A DNA stretch of 64,000 nt from Octopus vulgaris (GCA_951406725.2 OX597826.1:2232001-2296000); one strand, 5' to 3'. Counted from the stretch's first letter, positions 26,242 to 39,712 are shown. Notes: generated from the letters alone by a model not told the origin. Numbers and translations: made by a program.

Positions 26242-26745
26242 AGAAGGGCTGGTAGAGCTAAAGGAAAAGCTCAAGCAGGACCAAAGGGTGAAAAGACCAG
26301 GAATAGAAGTGGAACCGCAAAAGATGGAAACGGACAGCGCACACGGGTGTGTAGGTTCTACCTGAGAGGTTCCTGCTGGCATGGAAAGGAAGGTGCAGGC
26401 TGCCGCTTTGCACATCGGGGACCCTGCCACAGAGACACGAGGCAGATGGACAAACCATCAACACAAGGAAAAGGGATGGACCACGCACCACTTGCCCCAA
26501 AGCGGAGGTACGCAGATGTTGTGCGTGCCACAAACCACCAACATGATGTTGTCGAAAGGGCAGCTGCTGAGCAACAATCTTTTTTGTGCATGGCACAAAA
26601 GATTGTACAGCAGCTGACCTGGCTTCATCAAACCCAAGCCCGCAGGTGGGACTACCCACTATATACCAGACCACCACCACAGCAAACAGACCCAGGATGG
26701 ACACCACCGGCAACAACGTACACCTCACCTCGATGCTCCTACTGA
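26242..26745 (+). CDS. LINE ORF1 C-terminal remnant with CCCH zinc finger (no native start in the window)
   Basis: Open frame containing [22 protein letters not shown] (C-x7-C-x8-C-x3-H); stop TGA at 26743-26745 overlaps ORF2. The track's N-terminus MYICIYIY is microsatellite. Confidence 0.75.
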   Translation, partial: RRAGRAKGKAQAGPKGEKTRNRSGTAKDGNGQRTRVCRFYLRGSCWHGKEGAGCRFAHRGPCHRDTRQMDKPSTQGKGMDHAPLAPKRRYADVVRATNHQHDVVERAAAEQQSFLCMAQKIVQQLTWLHQTQARRWDYPLYTRPPPQQTDPGWTPPATTYTSPRCSY

Positions 26746-29693
26746 ACATCAGAGGACTGCAAACACTCAGTAACAGGACAAAAATCCCGTTCCTGAGAGA
26801 TTTTGTTGCATGCAATCAAGCCTTATGCATAGCACTAACGGAAACGTACCTGAAACCGGATATAGCAGATGCGGAGTTACACATACCACAGTATGCTGTA
26901 CTACGGACCGACAGGAAAGAAAGGAGTCATGGAGGTGTTGCTATGTACATCCGTGAGGACCTCACACCCCAGGTCCTCTTGTCATACTCAAACTCGGTGT
27001 GTGACACACTAATTGTACATATTAGGCAACTTGATGTAGTTGTGTGTGCTACATATCGCCCTCCAGATGCCCCAAGCCATGTGGGCAAGTTTGAAGACTG
27101 CCTTATAAAAATAGAAGAAGTTCTAACCACATTAGAACAACACATAAGTGTACTTCTTATGGGAGACTTCAATCTGCCAAATGTCAGATGGCCCGAGGGC
27201 CTTTCTCTCCCAGGAATGACAAGATGTGAACGAGGACAGGCGAGGTCCCTCCTGAACCTCATCAACACCCTGTTCATGGAGCAGGTAATACTCCAACCAA
27301 CCAGGGCAGGTAACACACTGGATCTCTGCTTCACAAATGACATGGATCTCATCCATAATGTGAAAGTGACACCGACACTACTCTCGGATCACAACATGAT
27401 AGAGCTGACCATGTACGGGCCAAAAGAGAGCACGGACATGCAGCCTACAAGAAACCCCCAGAATCTTTCCAGCTTGAACTACCATAAGGCAAACTGGAAA
27501 CAAATTGAGAAAGAGATCCTCAAACAAAACTGGCCTAAATGTCTCTCCTCACCAGACATCGACGTGAAGCTTCAACAATTCATGTCTGTAATGCAAGCCA
27601 TATGCTACAAATATGTCCCAGAGAGAAAGGCCACTGTACACAAGAACAAAGTCCCCAGAGAGAGGAAAATTCTAATGAGACGGCGTACAAAATTTTCAAA
27701 TCGCCTAAACAAACAGATTGAAAGCAGTGAAAAGTCCCGCCTAAAAATAAAACTGTTGGAAATCGAAAAATGTCTGAAACTCTCCCATGAAAAGGAAAGA
27801 GCAGACAAAGAAGCCTGGGCTATAGAAAACATAAAATCTAACCCCAGAGCTTTCTACAGGTATGCCAAAGAAACAGCTACGGTGCACTGTAGAATAGGGC
27901 CACTCCTCGAAAAGGATGGCACACTTACAGGAAAACCAATGAGAGTAAGTGAAATACTGAATGAGCAATTCAAGAGTGTTTTCACTCCACCCCTTGGGCA
28001 TCTCCAAATCACCAATCCAACTGATTTTTTTACCACTGCAGATATAAAATCAGAGGCGGCGACGATAGATTACATCGATATAAAGGAAGACGATGTAATC
28101 AAGGCTATAGATGAAATGAAAACAGACTCAGCTACTGGCCCCGATGGATTCCCGGCAATCCTCCTAAAAGCATGTAAGAGAGTCCTAGCAAGACCACTGC
28201 AGTTCCTCTTTCAGAGCTTCCTTGCAGCTGGCAAACTTCCAAGAAAACTGAAGGAAGGTAAAATATGCCCCATTCATAAAGGAGGTAGCAGAGCGGAAGC
28301 CAAGAACTATAGACCTATCTCTCTGACCTCACACATCAGCAAGGTCATGGAACGAATAGTCAGAAGGAAGCTGATCACCTTCCTTGAAGAAAATGACTTG
28401 CTGCCCGACACCCAACATGGTTTCCGACCAGGGAGAAGCTGTTTAACTCAGCTCCTACAACACTATGACTGGGTGCTGAAACGGCTGCTCAACCACTCAA
28501 ATGTGGAAGTGATATATCTCGACTTTGCAAAGGCCTTTGATAAAGTCGATCATGGAATGATATGTCACAAACTGCGTGATCTCAACATAGTTGGAAAACT
28601 GGGAGAATGGCTTCATGACTTTCTGAAAGATAGAAGTCAGGTGGTAGTGGCCAATGGGGCCACTTCCATTAACACGCAAATAGTGAGCGGTGTTCCGCAG
28701 GGCACTGTTCTGGGACCACTACTGTTCATAATGGCCCTCTCAGACATGCCCTCAGCCACGCAGAGAGCCACGATCACAAGTTATGCAGATGATACAAAAG
28801 TTTCACAGGCAATACAGAACCCTGAGGACACAAAACACCTGCAATGTGAGCTAGACAAAATATACAAGTGGGCCGAAAAAAATAGCATGCAGTTCAATGC
28901 TGAAAAGTTTCAAGCTCTATACTATCAGCATGCAAAACTAAATGCAATACCCAATGGATACACTGGACCCGGAGGAATAGCAATCCCAGAGGCACAATCA
29001 GTGCGTGACCTAGGTATTTACATGAGTGATGACGCGACCTTTCGTGTATATGTTGCTAAATTGGCAATGAAATGTAGACGACTGGCCGGATGGATCCTCA
29101 GAACCTTTAGAACAAGAGAACAAGAAACCATGATGGTCCTCTGGAGGACACTTGTCCTAAGCCACTTTGACTACTGCTCTCAGTTATGGTCACCATCCAG
29201 TGTCAAGTTGATCACAGAGCTCGAGGCGATCCAATGTAGCTACACGAAGAAGATAGCCTCTATGCAGAATGTAAGCTACTGGGAAAGACTCAAGAAATTA
29301 AAATTATATTCCCTGGAGCGTAGGCGGGAAAGATATGCCATAATATACATCTGGAAGATCCTGGAGGGAAGTGTCCTGAACTTTGGCATCGAGAGTTACG
29401 CAAATGCCAGAACTGGGCGCCACTGCGTGGTGCCTAGGACTCCAAACTTGCCATCAAGATGTAGGACAAGATTCTGTGATAGCCTGGGCTTCCGAGGCCC
29501 ACAGCTCTTCAATATCCTCCCGAAGAACCTGAGAGACCTGCATGGGGTGGATACAGATGTCTTTAAAATGAAGCTGGATTTCTTCCTGTCAGGTGTCCCA
29601 GATGAACCAACTTCAAGGCAGGAGGGGCAGACGAGGGCAGCTGCATCGAACTCTCTCATGCACCAAATAGCAGTTGCTAGAAAGCCTTCATGA
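26697..29693 (+). CDS. LINE ORF2: AP-like endonuclease plus reverse transcriptase (~998 aa from the first in-frame ATG)
   Basis: APE motifs NIRGL, LTET, YRPP, MGDFN, LDL, SDH. RT motifs [45 protein letters not shown]. No stops or frameshifts. The track's start at 26586 is a GTG. Confidence 0.97.
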   Translation: MDTTGNNVHLTSMLLLNIRGLQTLSNRTKIPFLRDFVACNQALCIALTETYLKPDIADAELHIPQYAVLRTDRKERSHGGVAMYIREDLTPQVLLSYSNSVCDTLIVHIRQLDVVVCATYRPPDAPSHVGKFEDCLIKIEEVLTTLEQHISVLLMGDFNLPNVRWPEGLSLPGMTRCERGQARSLLNLINTLFMEQVILQPTRAGNTLDLCFTNDMDLIHNVKVTPTLLSDHNMIELTMYGPKESTDMQPTRNPQNLSSLNYHKANWKQIEKEILKQNWPKCLSSPDIDVKLQQFMSVMQAICYKYVPERKATVHKNKVPRERKILMRRRTKFSNRLNKQIESSEKSRLKIKLLEIEKCLKLSHEKERADKEAWAIENIKSNPRAFYRYAKETATVHCRIGPLLEKDGTLTGKPMRVSEILNEQFKSVFTPPLGHLQITNPTDFFTTADIKSEAATIDYIDIKEDDVIKAIDEMKTDSATGPDGFPAILLKACKRVLARPLQFLFQSFLAAGKLPRKLKEGKICPIHKGGSRAEAKNYRPISLTSHISKVMERIVRRKLITFLEENDLLPDTQHGFRPGRSCLTQLLQHYDWVLKRLLNHSNVEVIYLDFAKAFDKVDHGMICHKLRDLNIVGKLGEWLHDFLKDRSQVVVANGATSINTQIVSGVPQGTVLGPLLFIMALSDMPSATQRATITSYADDTKVSQAIQNPEDTKHLQCELDKIYKWAEKNSMQFNAEKFQALYYQHAKLNAIPNGYTGPGGIAIPEAQSVRDLGIYMSDDATFRVYVAKLAMKCRRLAGWILRTFRTREQETMMVLWRTLVLSHFDYCSQLWSPSSVKLITELEAIQCSYTKKIASMQNVSYWERLKKLKLYSLERRRERYAIIYIWKILEGSVLNFGIESYANARTGRHCVVPRTPNLPSRCRTRFCDSLGFRGPQLFNILPKNLRDLHGVDTDVFKMKLDFFLSGVPDEPTSRQEGQTRAAASNSLMHQIAVARKPS

Positions 29694-29795
29694 AGTGAAA
29701 CCAAGTAGCAACACCAAATGGCGGTGCCCCAGCATGGCCACAGCTCATAAGCTGAAACTAGAATCAATCAATCAATCATATATATATATATGGAC

Positions 29796-29826
<31 letters not shown>

Positions 29827-29845
29827 CACACAAGGAGAGAAACAA

Positions 29846-29885
<40 letters not shown>

Positions 29886-29913
29886 ACACAGACAGACAGA
29901 CACACACACACAC

Positions 29914-29962
<49 letters not shown>

Positions 29963-30282
29963 CATATATATATATACACATTGTTCTGCACGTGAATGTG
30001 TGTTGCGTGAGAGGGTCATGTGTATTGTCATCTTTGGAGTGTGTAACAGGTATTTTTACTACTTTCCAGATTGGCTTTGATATTCTGTTATTGTCTGCCT
30101 GTAGCCATGTGTATGAGTATACATGCATGTGTTGTGTTGTGCTCCATGTATGTGTGTGTGTATGTGATTGTGCCTGTAATACACGTTCGCGCTCGTGTGA
30201 ATGTGAGTGAGAGGGGTTCACATAATTTTGTGTGTTATGAATTATTGGCAGTGAACCTTGTTCTGACATTGCAGCAATAAAC

Positions 30283-30845
30283 ACCACCACCACCTTCACC
30301 ACCACCACCACCACCACCACAACCAACACCACCGCCGCCGCCGTAACCATCTTCGCCCCCAGAACCACCACTAACACAATCCCCATCAGGAGGACTATCA
30401 TCATCACCACCACCACCACCACCACCACTACCAGCACAACCACTACAACCCCACCTCAATCACCACCACCAGCACCAGCACCAGCACCAGCACCAGCACC
30501 AACACCACCAACACCACCAGCACCACCACCAGTGCAACCTCTACAACCTCACCACCACCACCACCACCACCACCACCACCACCACCACTACCATCACCAC
30601 CACCGCCATAACCATTTTCACCACCAAAACCACCACTAACACAATCCCCATCAGGAGGACTACCACCACCACCATTACCAGTACAACCACTACAACCCCA
30701 CCCCAATAAACACCACCATCACAACAGCAGCAACAACAACAACGACAGCAACAATAACTACGTCTATAACAATAACAATAACGGCAGCAGCAAGCTGAAG
30801 CAATAATAACTGGTAATATTGTCAACAGCAACAGCAGCGACGAAT
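30283..30845. repeat. (CCA)n/(CAA)n low-complexity tract with an internal ~130-bp duplication
   Basis: aaccaccactaacacaatccccatcaggaggacta occurs at ~30363 and ~30628. Confidence 0.9.
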
Positions 30846-31669
30846 AACAGAAAGCTGTGCAGACATATTCACACGGAACGTATTATTTTGCACTCATGCA
30901 CGCACACACACACACACACACATACACACACACACACACACACACATTTATACAAACATACACACACATACAAACAGACAGATGCACGCACAAACACAGA
31001 CACACATGGAATAACGCAGAGAAACGCTCGCGCGCGCAAGGACATGTTCTCTTTGAAGCGAAAAGTCGACGTAGAAGTTCGGATGTAAACTTTAAAATCA
31101 TCAAATTAATAAAGATGTTGCTTGTATTGGTGCCTGGAGATTGGCGAGCTTTGATGTTTCCATCCCATTATTTACTGTTTGGTGCATCGGTTTAATGCTT
31201 TAACACGTTTACATTTGCAGGCGTTGATTGATAGATGAAAGACTATGTGTATATGTGAGCCTAATAACTCTCAGGGAGTAGTAATTCCTTAAGTGACATT
31301 TCACCTATCGATGATTTTGCTTAAATCCATTCCATATGAGTAGCAATCACGCCATAATTATCAGCCAAAAAAGAAAAAGAAAGAAATCCAAACAAAAAAA
31401 AACCAACAACAAAAGAAATAAAAGAAAAATAAAGGAGAAAATTAATGTGCGTCTCCTAGTTTCTGAATAACTAACTCCTTTGTTTCTTGGTTGCTAAAGA
31501 ACGGTGTAAGGCAACAGGTTTTAACCGGAATCGGTTCTGTGCAATATAATCAGCCACACTGTTACCAAATATTGGATTTAATACCTGCTACATGTTTTTT
31601 TTTATTAAATGTTAAAATAAAAATTTATTTTCATCTTTTTACATATATATATATATATATATATACACA

Positions 31670-31778
<109 letters not shown>

Positions 31779-32084
31779 ATATATATATTATATTTAAATC
31801 TTTAATTTAGAATTTATGAAAAGTACATTTAGAGTAGATGCGAATATAAAATTTGGGACAAACTTAATTAGCAATGCTGGTAGTTTGGTAGAAAGAAAAC
31901 GGAACACCTTCGCGAGCGTTAAACTAATCCACCTGCTTGTTGTTTATACACCTCTCTTCGTCTGTTGTTTTTTCTGTAAATTTCAACTTTAAATAATAAT
32001 ATAAATAATATATAAATGTATGCATATATACATACATATATGTACATATCTACATATATATGTATATATACACATGCATATAGG

Positions 32085-32429
<345 letters not shown>

Positions 32430-34542
32430 ATATATATATATATACTTAAATCTTGAGTTCAGAATATGATGTATATTTATGAGAAGAACTTTTAGAGGAG
32501 ATGCGGAAACAAAAATTTGGAACAAACGTAACAAGCAGAACTAGTAGTTTTGCTAAAAGAAAAAAAAAAAAACTAGCGTTATAGTTTTAATTTTACAGCT
32601 TAATAATAATCAACTCGTCAGAAATTAGAAACAAAATTTGTATACATCTTTGAGAAGTAGAAGAATTCTATGAATAATTAGCAACATGTATTGCTGAAAA
32701 TATTTAGCATCAACATAAGATTAAGAGAATTACGAATGAAGAATTAATTAGATAATTGAATCCTGAATTAAGTATTATAATTATAATTAAATGAATTCGA
32801 TTGTGTGACGTTTACACATTTCTTTAGAATTTAATGACTGAAATCAAAAGAATAAATTTAAATCCGAGAAAGAGATATATATTTAGCGAATTCTGATCTC
32901 TTGGAGACTCTTACTCTTTTAGTTCTTCACACATGTTCCAAAAAAATTAGACACAGAAAAGATTACAAATTACTAAGAATGTTATTTATTTAGTGAATTG
33001 GTAATATAAATAGTATGTATGGAAGAAGGACGAATGAAAATCGCAGTTAAGCTTACATTTTAACAATTAGTGACGCTGATCACCATTTCAAAAGAATTAG
33101 TAACAAAGATGATTTGGAAATATCTTCCAAATGAGTAGGATTTAAAAAATATTGTTCGGTAAAGTAAATGGTTTAAAATATTTATCAAAGAATTTATTTG
33201 TTTATTTTTTAACAATTTTCAGCAAAAAGAATTGAAAAATAATTAGGTACACAGATGATTTTAGAAGAGAAATTTCAATTAAAAGAAGATTTTGTATATT
33301 TTTATGCAAGAGCAACGTTAAAACGCTACACCTATCATAAAACTTTTATATAAATATTTTATCTTCATTATCACTGTTATCGCCGTTTGTGTTTTCCCAA
33401 TAAGTTTTCTACGCCAGCATCAAGTTTTTGTGGTAATTAAGGAAGCTATTTTAAATTCAATTTTATTGTTAAGAATATGAAATTGTGCAACATTTGATGA
33501 TTTCGCCAATCGATGATGAGATAAAATGAGATTAGCCACAAAAGCGCTGTAGTATTTAAAATTATATAAAAGTTAGGAATATATCGCGAAAATATTTATA
33601 TATGCAGTTAAGTGATTAAATTTTATGTGTCGCTCAAACAAATTAAAACCTTTTGATAGTATATTTTATGTAGATCCTCACAAACAACACACATAAAATA
33701 TTAATTTGCTTCAGATGTAAACAATATTTACAAAATGGTTTTATAGGCTATGCTAAACTGAAAATATTAGTTAATACGTTTTTTTAAATATTTTGCGATA
33801 CGTATAAACGTAGCTTACAGGGAATCTTTTCCTTTGAAGTATTATCCATAATAAAGCTGTATCCAATTATTTATCGGGTGTAGGTAAACATAGAGACAGA
33901 CAAATACATTCATATACAGAGCAAACACAAACACATACAGTGCCACTCTAAAAGATACAATCCAAACTAACTTAAAAATCTAACACTGATATTTCACTAG
34001 TTAAATACTTTTATAGTATATGAGCGCCGAGGTAACGGGAGACAAAAATTATTTGAGTTTCATATCATACCTTGTTTAAAGTTTGTGTTTTGGGGTACAA
34101 ATCTTGTCATAGTGTCTATCAATCTTTTATAAATATATATATATATAAATTTTTGACGTATATCATTTTATCTTTCCCAAGATCAAAACACGTGTTTAAG
34201 TAATATACTAGACTTCGTTCAAAAGCTTTATGTCCCTCGCCCAGTGAATCACTATCATTTTATTATCCCATTATTAGGGCAGTAAATGTATAGAAATTAC
34301 AGTGCGTCGTACAAATACCTTTCAGTACTTACTTTTACAGTACTTACTTTTAAGTTCTGAGTTTCCAATATCTCTAGGGTGCAATATATTTTTCATCTCA
34401 TCAGAAATGATAGAAAGCCTTCAACACCTGTGAACCACACTTATTTCAACACCTGTTATTCGCACTTAATAGAAATTATTGACACTAGTAATTTCATAAT
34501 TTCATTTGCTGTAGACACACTAGAAATACTGTCATGATAACA

Positions 34543-34591
<49 letters not shown>

Positions 34592-34846
34592 GTACATACA
34601 TAGATGTATGTTTGTATATATAAAAGAATAACAAATAACGTGTACAAAAATGAACGTATATTTAATAATATACTTAAGGAGACTTATACAGTATTGCATA
34701 AGTGTAGTTTGTACATGTATTGATAAGAACATACACTTAAGTGTAAATATAAGTAAATATAATGGCAATGTTTTGTTATTGGTTGAAGAAACGTGATTTT
34801 AAATGTCACCTGATTGATGGAGATATTCGACAATTTATAGAAAAAA

Positions 34847-34900
<54 letters not shown>

Positions 34901-34999
34901 TCAATATAGGGTGGCAAAAAAAAATTTTGTAGAATTCTTTTGCCACCAGCGGCCTAGTGGGAAAAAATTAAATAGTCATAGACCATTTTTAAGTTCAAC

Positions 35000-35151
35000 A
35001 TCAACAATCAAGGAACGGCCATAATAGGCCATTCACCCACTAGAAATAACAGCCAAGGCTTCAACCGCAAATAAAAAATTTTATTTGCGGTTGAAGCCTT
35101 GGCTGTTATTTCTAGTGGGTGAATGGCCTATTATGGCCGTTCCTTGATTGT

Positions 35152-35155
<4 letters not shown>
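35000..35155. repeat. Perfect palindrome, 77-bp arms with a 2-nt loop, inside a TA-flanked insertion (34895-35155)
   Basis: atcaacaatcaaggaacggcc...gcaaataaaa|aa|ttttatttgc...ggccgttccttgattgttgat. Confidence 0.93.
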
Positions 35156-35192
<37 letters not shown>

Positions 35193-35408
35193 TTTGGTGA
35201 CTATAACGGCATTGTATTTCATCTGCTCAAGTGAAACGAACAGTGATATAAACACATACACACACAGATACACACACACGCGCAAAAAAACAGACACATA
35301 TACATACATACATACATACATACATACATACATACATACATACATACATAAATTTTTTGAGGTATTCTAATGATTCGCTTATCTTTATGAATATTTTATT
35401 CGGAAAGG

Positions 35409-36027
35409 GACAGGTGTGACTGTCTGGTAACGAGCTGGCTTCCCAACCTCGTGGCTCCGAGATCAGTCCCACCCTGTGGCAACTTGGACATGAATGTGTT
35501 CCTATAGCCGACCAAAGCCTTTTCAGTAGATTTGGTAGTAAACAGAAACTGAAAGAAGCTCGTTGTATATATATATATATATATATATAAGTGGCACTTC
35601 GTGAGTTACAACGACGAGGGTTCCAGTCGCTCCGCTCAACGGAAGAGCCTGCTCGTGAAGTTAACGCGTAAGTGGTTGAGCACTCGACAGTCACGTATTC
35701 TCTAAACGTAGTTCTTAGGGCGATTCAGCGTGGCACAGGATGTGACAAAGCTGGCCCTCTGTATTACGTGTACTACACATTATTCCCAACAGAATAGGGT
35801 GGGGCAATATGAAAGAAAAGTGTCTTGCTCAAGGACACAATGCGTGGCTGGGAGAAAAAAGACAAAGAAAAGAACAACAATGTCTGGACGTGGTATATGC
35901 ACAGTATTAAGAAGATGCTGAGGTCTTTGGTCGGCTCAAGTAGAAGAGATTTGCCCAAGGTGCCACACAATGGGCCTGAACCAGGAACCATGTGGTTGGT
36001 AAGCAAGTTACTTACCACACAGCCACT
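35409..36027. mobile_element. Nested SINE fragments: family A head (+, 35409-35570), another SINE (-, 35591-35850), family A head (-, 35915-36027)
   Basis: Family A motifs; gtgtccttgagcaagacac on the minus strand at ~35820-35840. Confidence 0.7.
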
Positions 36028-36305
36028 ATTTTTTTAAATATATATTTTTTAATATATTTAATTCTCTTTTTAACTATTTGCATTGGGTTGTTTTCTCCCC
36101 ATTCTTGAAAGTTTCACACACACACACACACACTACCCCCATACATACACAAACACATATTATCCCTAAAACCACTTTTAAAACAGGCAGTGCCAAGGGT
36201 TCGTTCTTCTATCACGTCTACCTCAATAAAATGAAAGTCACATCTATTCTTTTACGATTCGCTAAATGTATATGCTATCGGTATGCCTGTATGTATGACA
36301 TGTAT

Positions 36306-36942
36306 AGGCGCAAGAATGGTTGTGTGGTAAGTAGCATGCTTACTAACCACATTGTTCCTGGATCAGTCCCACAACGTGGCACTTTGGGCAAAAGTTTTCT
36401 GCTATAGCCTCGTGTGTATGTGTATGATTGCGTGAGAGTGTGTTTGTGTAACTACTTTCGCTTGACAACCAATATTGGTGTGTTTACGTCTCCGTAACTT
36501 AGCGGTTCGACAAAAGAGACTGATAGAAAAAGTACTAGGCTTACAAAGAATAAGTCCTGGAGTCGTTTTGTTCGACTAAAGGCGGTGCTCCAGCATGGCT
36601 GCTGTCAAATGACTAAAACAAGTGTCTTCTACTATAGCATCGGGCCGACGATACACTTGTGAATGGATTTGGTAGACGGAAACTGAAAGAAGCCCTTCGT
36701 ATATATGTATATATATGTGTGTGTGTGTGTGTGTTTGCGTATCTGTTTGTCCCCCCTCCCCCACCAACATCGCTTGACAACCGATGCTGGTGTGTTTACG
36801 TCCCCCATAAGAGCCCGTTAGAATAAGTACTAGGATTACAAAGAACAAGTCGTTGGGTTAATTTACTCGATTACAGGCGGTGCTCCAGCATGGCCGCAGT
36901 CAAATGACTGAAACAAGTAAAAGAATAAAAGAAAAAAAGAAT
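36306..36942 (+). mobile_element. Composite or duplicated family A SINE
   Basis: Two 3' halves, each ending ggcggtgctccagcatgg...caaatgact.aaacaag (~36581 and ~36876). Confidence 0.88.
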
Positions 36943-37015
36943 ATATGTGCATGTGTTTTTTTTTTTTTTTTGTATGCGAAGTGTACTTATATGTTAATGA
37001 GTAGATGTGTGCGAA

Positions 37016-37745
37016 GGCGGTGAGCTGGCAGAAACGTTAGGACGCCGGGCGAAATGCTTAGGAGTATTTCGTCTGCAGCTACGTTTTAAGTTCAAATTCC
37101 GCCGAGGTCGACTTTGCCTTTCATCCTTTCGGGGTCGATTAAATAAGTACCAGTTACGCACTGGGGTCGATATAATCGACTTAATATGTTTGTCTGTCCT
37201 TCTTTGTCCTCTCTGTGCTTAGTTTCTTGTGGGTAATCGACTGCCTCCCTCACCAAAAATCTCGGGCTTTGTGCCTAGAGTAAAAAAGAATATATTTTCA
37301 TGGTAGGGCGACGAGCTGGCAGAATCGTTAGCACGCTGGGCGAAATGCTTGGCTGTATTTTGACAGTCTTTATGTTCTGAGTTCAAATTCCGCCGAGGTC
37401 GACTTTATCTTTCTTCCTTTCGGGATCGATAAATATAGCACCAGTTGCATACTGGGGTCGATATAATTGAAAAGCCCCCTCCCCCAAAATTTGGGGCGTT
37501 CTGCCTAAAGTAGGAAAGAATATATTTTGATAATAGGGTGGCGAGCTGGCAGAATCGTTAGCACGCCTGGTGAAATGTTAGCGGTATTTCAACTGCCGTT
37601 ACGTCCTGAGTTCAAACTCTGAGGTCCACATTGCCTTTCATCCTTTCGGGGTCGATTCAATAAGTACCAGTTACGCACTGATGTCGATGTAATTGACTTT
37701 GTCCTCTCTATGTTTAGCCCCTTGCGGGCATTAAATAAATAAATA
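37016..37745 (+). mobile_element. Three head-to-tail family B SINEs
   Basis: Heads gagctggcagaa at ~37022, 37313 and 37543. Confidence 0.9.
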
Positions 37746-38222
37746 TATTCTCATACATGGGCTATCTTACTAAATCATTCTTTTTTCTGGAGACTGCTCT
37801 GTTACGTTTGTCGATTTAGAAAAAAACAGAAAGAAACCACTGCTTCAGGGTGTTTCTCTAAAACTGCTTAATTAAAACGACACAATTAATATAGTCACTA
37901 TATGCATAATCTAGTTAACGTATCTTCTTTATGCAGGTGGCAGTCCTGGGGCACTTTCACACCTCATTATCTTAAATTGCTTGATGAGCAAAACACTTAT
38001 TTCACTAAAATTTTATATATTCTCACCGCTATATTCAGGTTTGTTAAGCACGACTAAAATTACACTTCACTGAAGAGACTTAATACAGCCGAAACACGTT
38101 CGGAATTGTCTCAGAAAACGTTGAAGCTTTCAGAAAACGTTTCACACACATACCTAAAATGGGATTTTCAGAAGTTCGCCTTTGCCTTATATTTCAATAA
38201 ATTTCAATGAATATAACTAAAT

Positions 38223-38625
38223 AGGCGCAAGAGTGACTATGTCGTAAGTAGCTTGCTTACCAACCACATGGTTCCGGTTTCAGTCCCACTGCGTGGCACG
38301 TTGGTCTACTATAGCCTCGGGCTGACCAAAGCCTTGTGGGTGGATTTGGTAGACGGAAACCGAAAGAAGCCCGTTGTATATATGAATATATATATATATA
38401 TGTGTGTGTGTGTGTTGTGTATCTGTGTTTGTTCCCCAACATCGCTTGGCAACCGATGCTGGTGTGTTTAGGTCCCCGTAACTTAGAGGCTCGGCAAAAT
38501 AGACGGATAGAATAAGTACTAGGCTTACAAAGAATAAGTTGTGGGGTCGATTTGATTCGACTAAAAGCGGTGCCCCAGCATGGCCACAGTCAAATGACTG
38601 AAACAAGTAAAAGAATAAAAGAATG
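38223..38625 (+). mobile_element. Full-length family A SINE
   Basis: tRNA-like head, internal (TA)(TG), LINE-like tail gcggtgccccagcatggccacagtcaaatgactgaaac, end repeat taaaagaa. Confidence 0.92.
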
Positions 38626-39061
38626 GAAGAATAAATACTGAAGTGAACTATTGCGCTATAAGCACAAGACGCGTTTTCTTTTGCTGGGTAAAGGGGTTAG
38701 TCGACCTTAATGCTCGACCGGTATTTCTTCCTACGGCAGGATAAAAATCGAAGTGAACCTCTGCAGATATGGAACTCAGAACGTAAAGAGAGCCGATGAG
38801 GCTCGAAGAGTTTTGTTTTACGTGCTAATGGTTTTGGTAGGTCAGCCCTTTAATAATTTGAATAAGAATAATATTCTGATGAACGAGTGAGGAACATATG
38901 AGCTGAGTAGGATAACCGCCAGGGCAAATACCGCTATGCATTTTGTGCGAAGCCCTAACGATTCTAAAAACCCGCCGACTTTATCAGGTTTAGAAATAAC
39001 AAAAGAGGATTGCCGTTTTCAATCTACATAAAGAAACATGTTAAGGTATGTCGTACTTTTG

Positions 39062-39116
<55 letters not shown>

Positions 39117-39678
39117 TAATAATAACAAAAAGAAAAACAACAGGGAAACGACAAAATTGCGAAGGGAGAGTAAGAAGAAAATGGCGACAAAAATGAAGAG
39201 ATATCAACGAAAGTGGAAAGAAAATAAGATGATGGTATAGGTAATCTAATTGTTAATGTTACTGTAATTGAATTACAAGCGATAGTCCCCTATTGCAGGT
39301 GTTTTGTATCGATTAACTTTCAAGTTGAGAGAATTGTACAAAAGCAAAAAAGAAAAGATTCATATATTCATTTGAAGGACATCTGTTCGTGGTTAAATGG
39401 TGAAGGGGGTAATAGTGCTGGTGAATGTGATTTTAGTCCTCGTTTCGTTAAAAAAAAGGGGAAAAAATAATGTAAGAATATTGAAGTGATAACGGAAAAT
39501 AGGTTCGTATTGGTAACATATGTGTCAGATGTTTGTATTTTTTGTTTAAAGAATGTAGAGCTACTAGTGTCATTCTGTGTATCTCTGTGTTTCTTGTCAT
39601 ATATGGTGTATCTACTGTTTGCTACATAGCTGATAATATGAAGAGAAATACAATTAGATGATAATGGGCAAGTGATGA

Positions 39679-39712
<34 letters not shown>

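Larger units (their letters stand above)
26241..29778 (+). mobile_element. CR1-group LINE retrotransposon, 5'-truncated within ORF1, (ATCA)n tail, inserted in (TA)n
   Basis: ORF1 remnant, intact APE-RT ORF2, short 3' UTR with stem-loop, then gaatcaatcaatcaatca. TA tracts on both flanks. Confidence 0.95.

Noticed and set aside
26258-29767. Antisense and alternative-frame ORFs inside the LINE
   Set aside because: These are shadows of the ORF1/ORF2 coding sequence.
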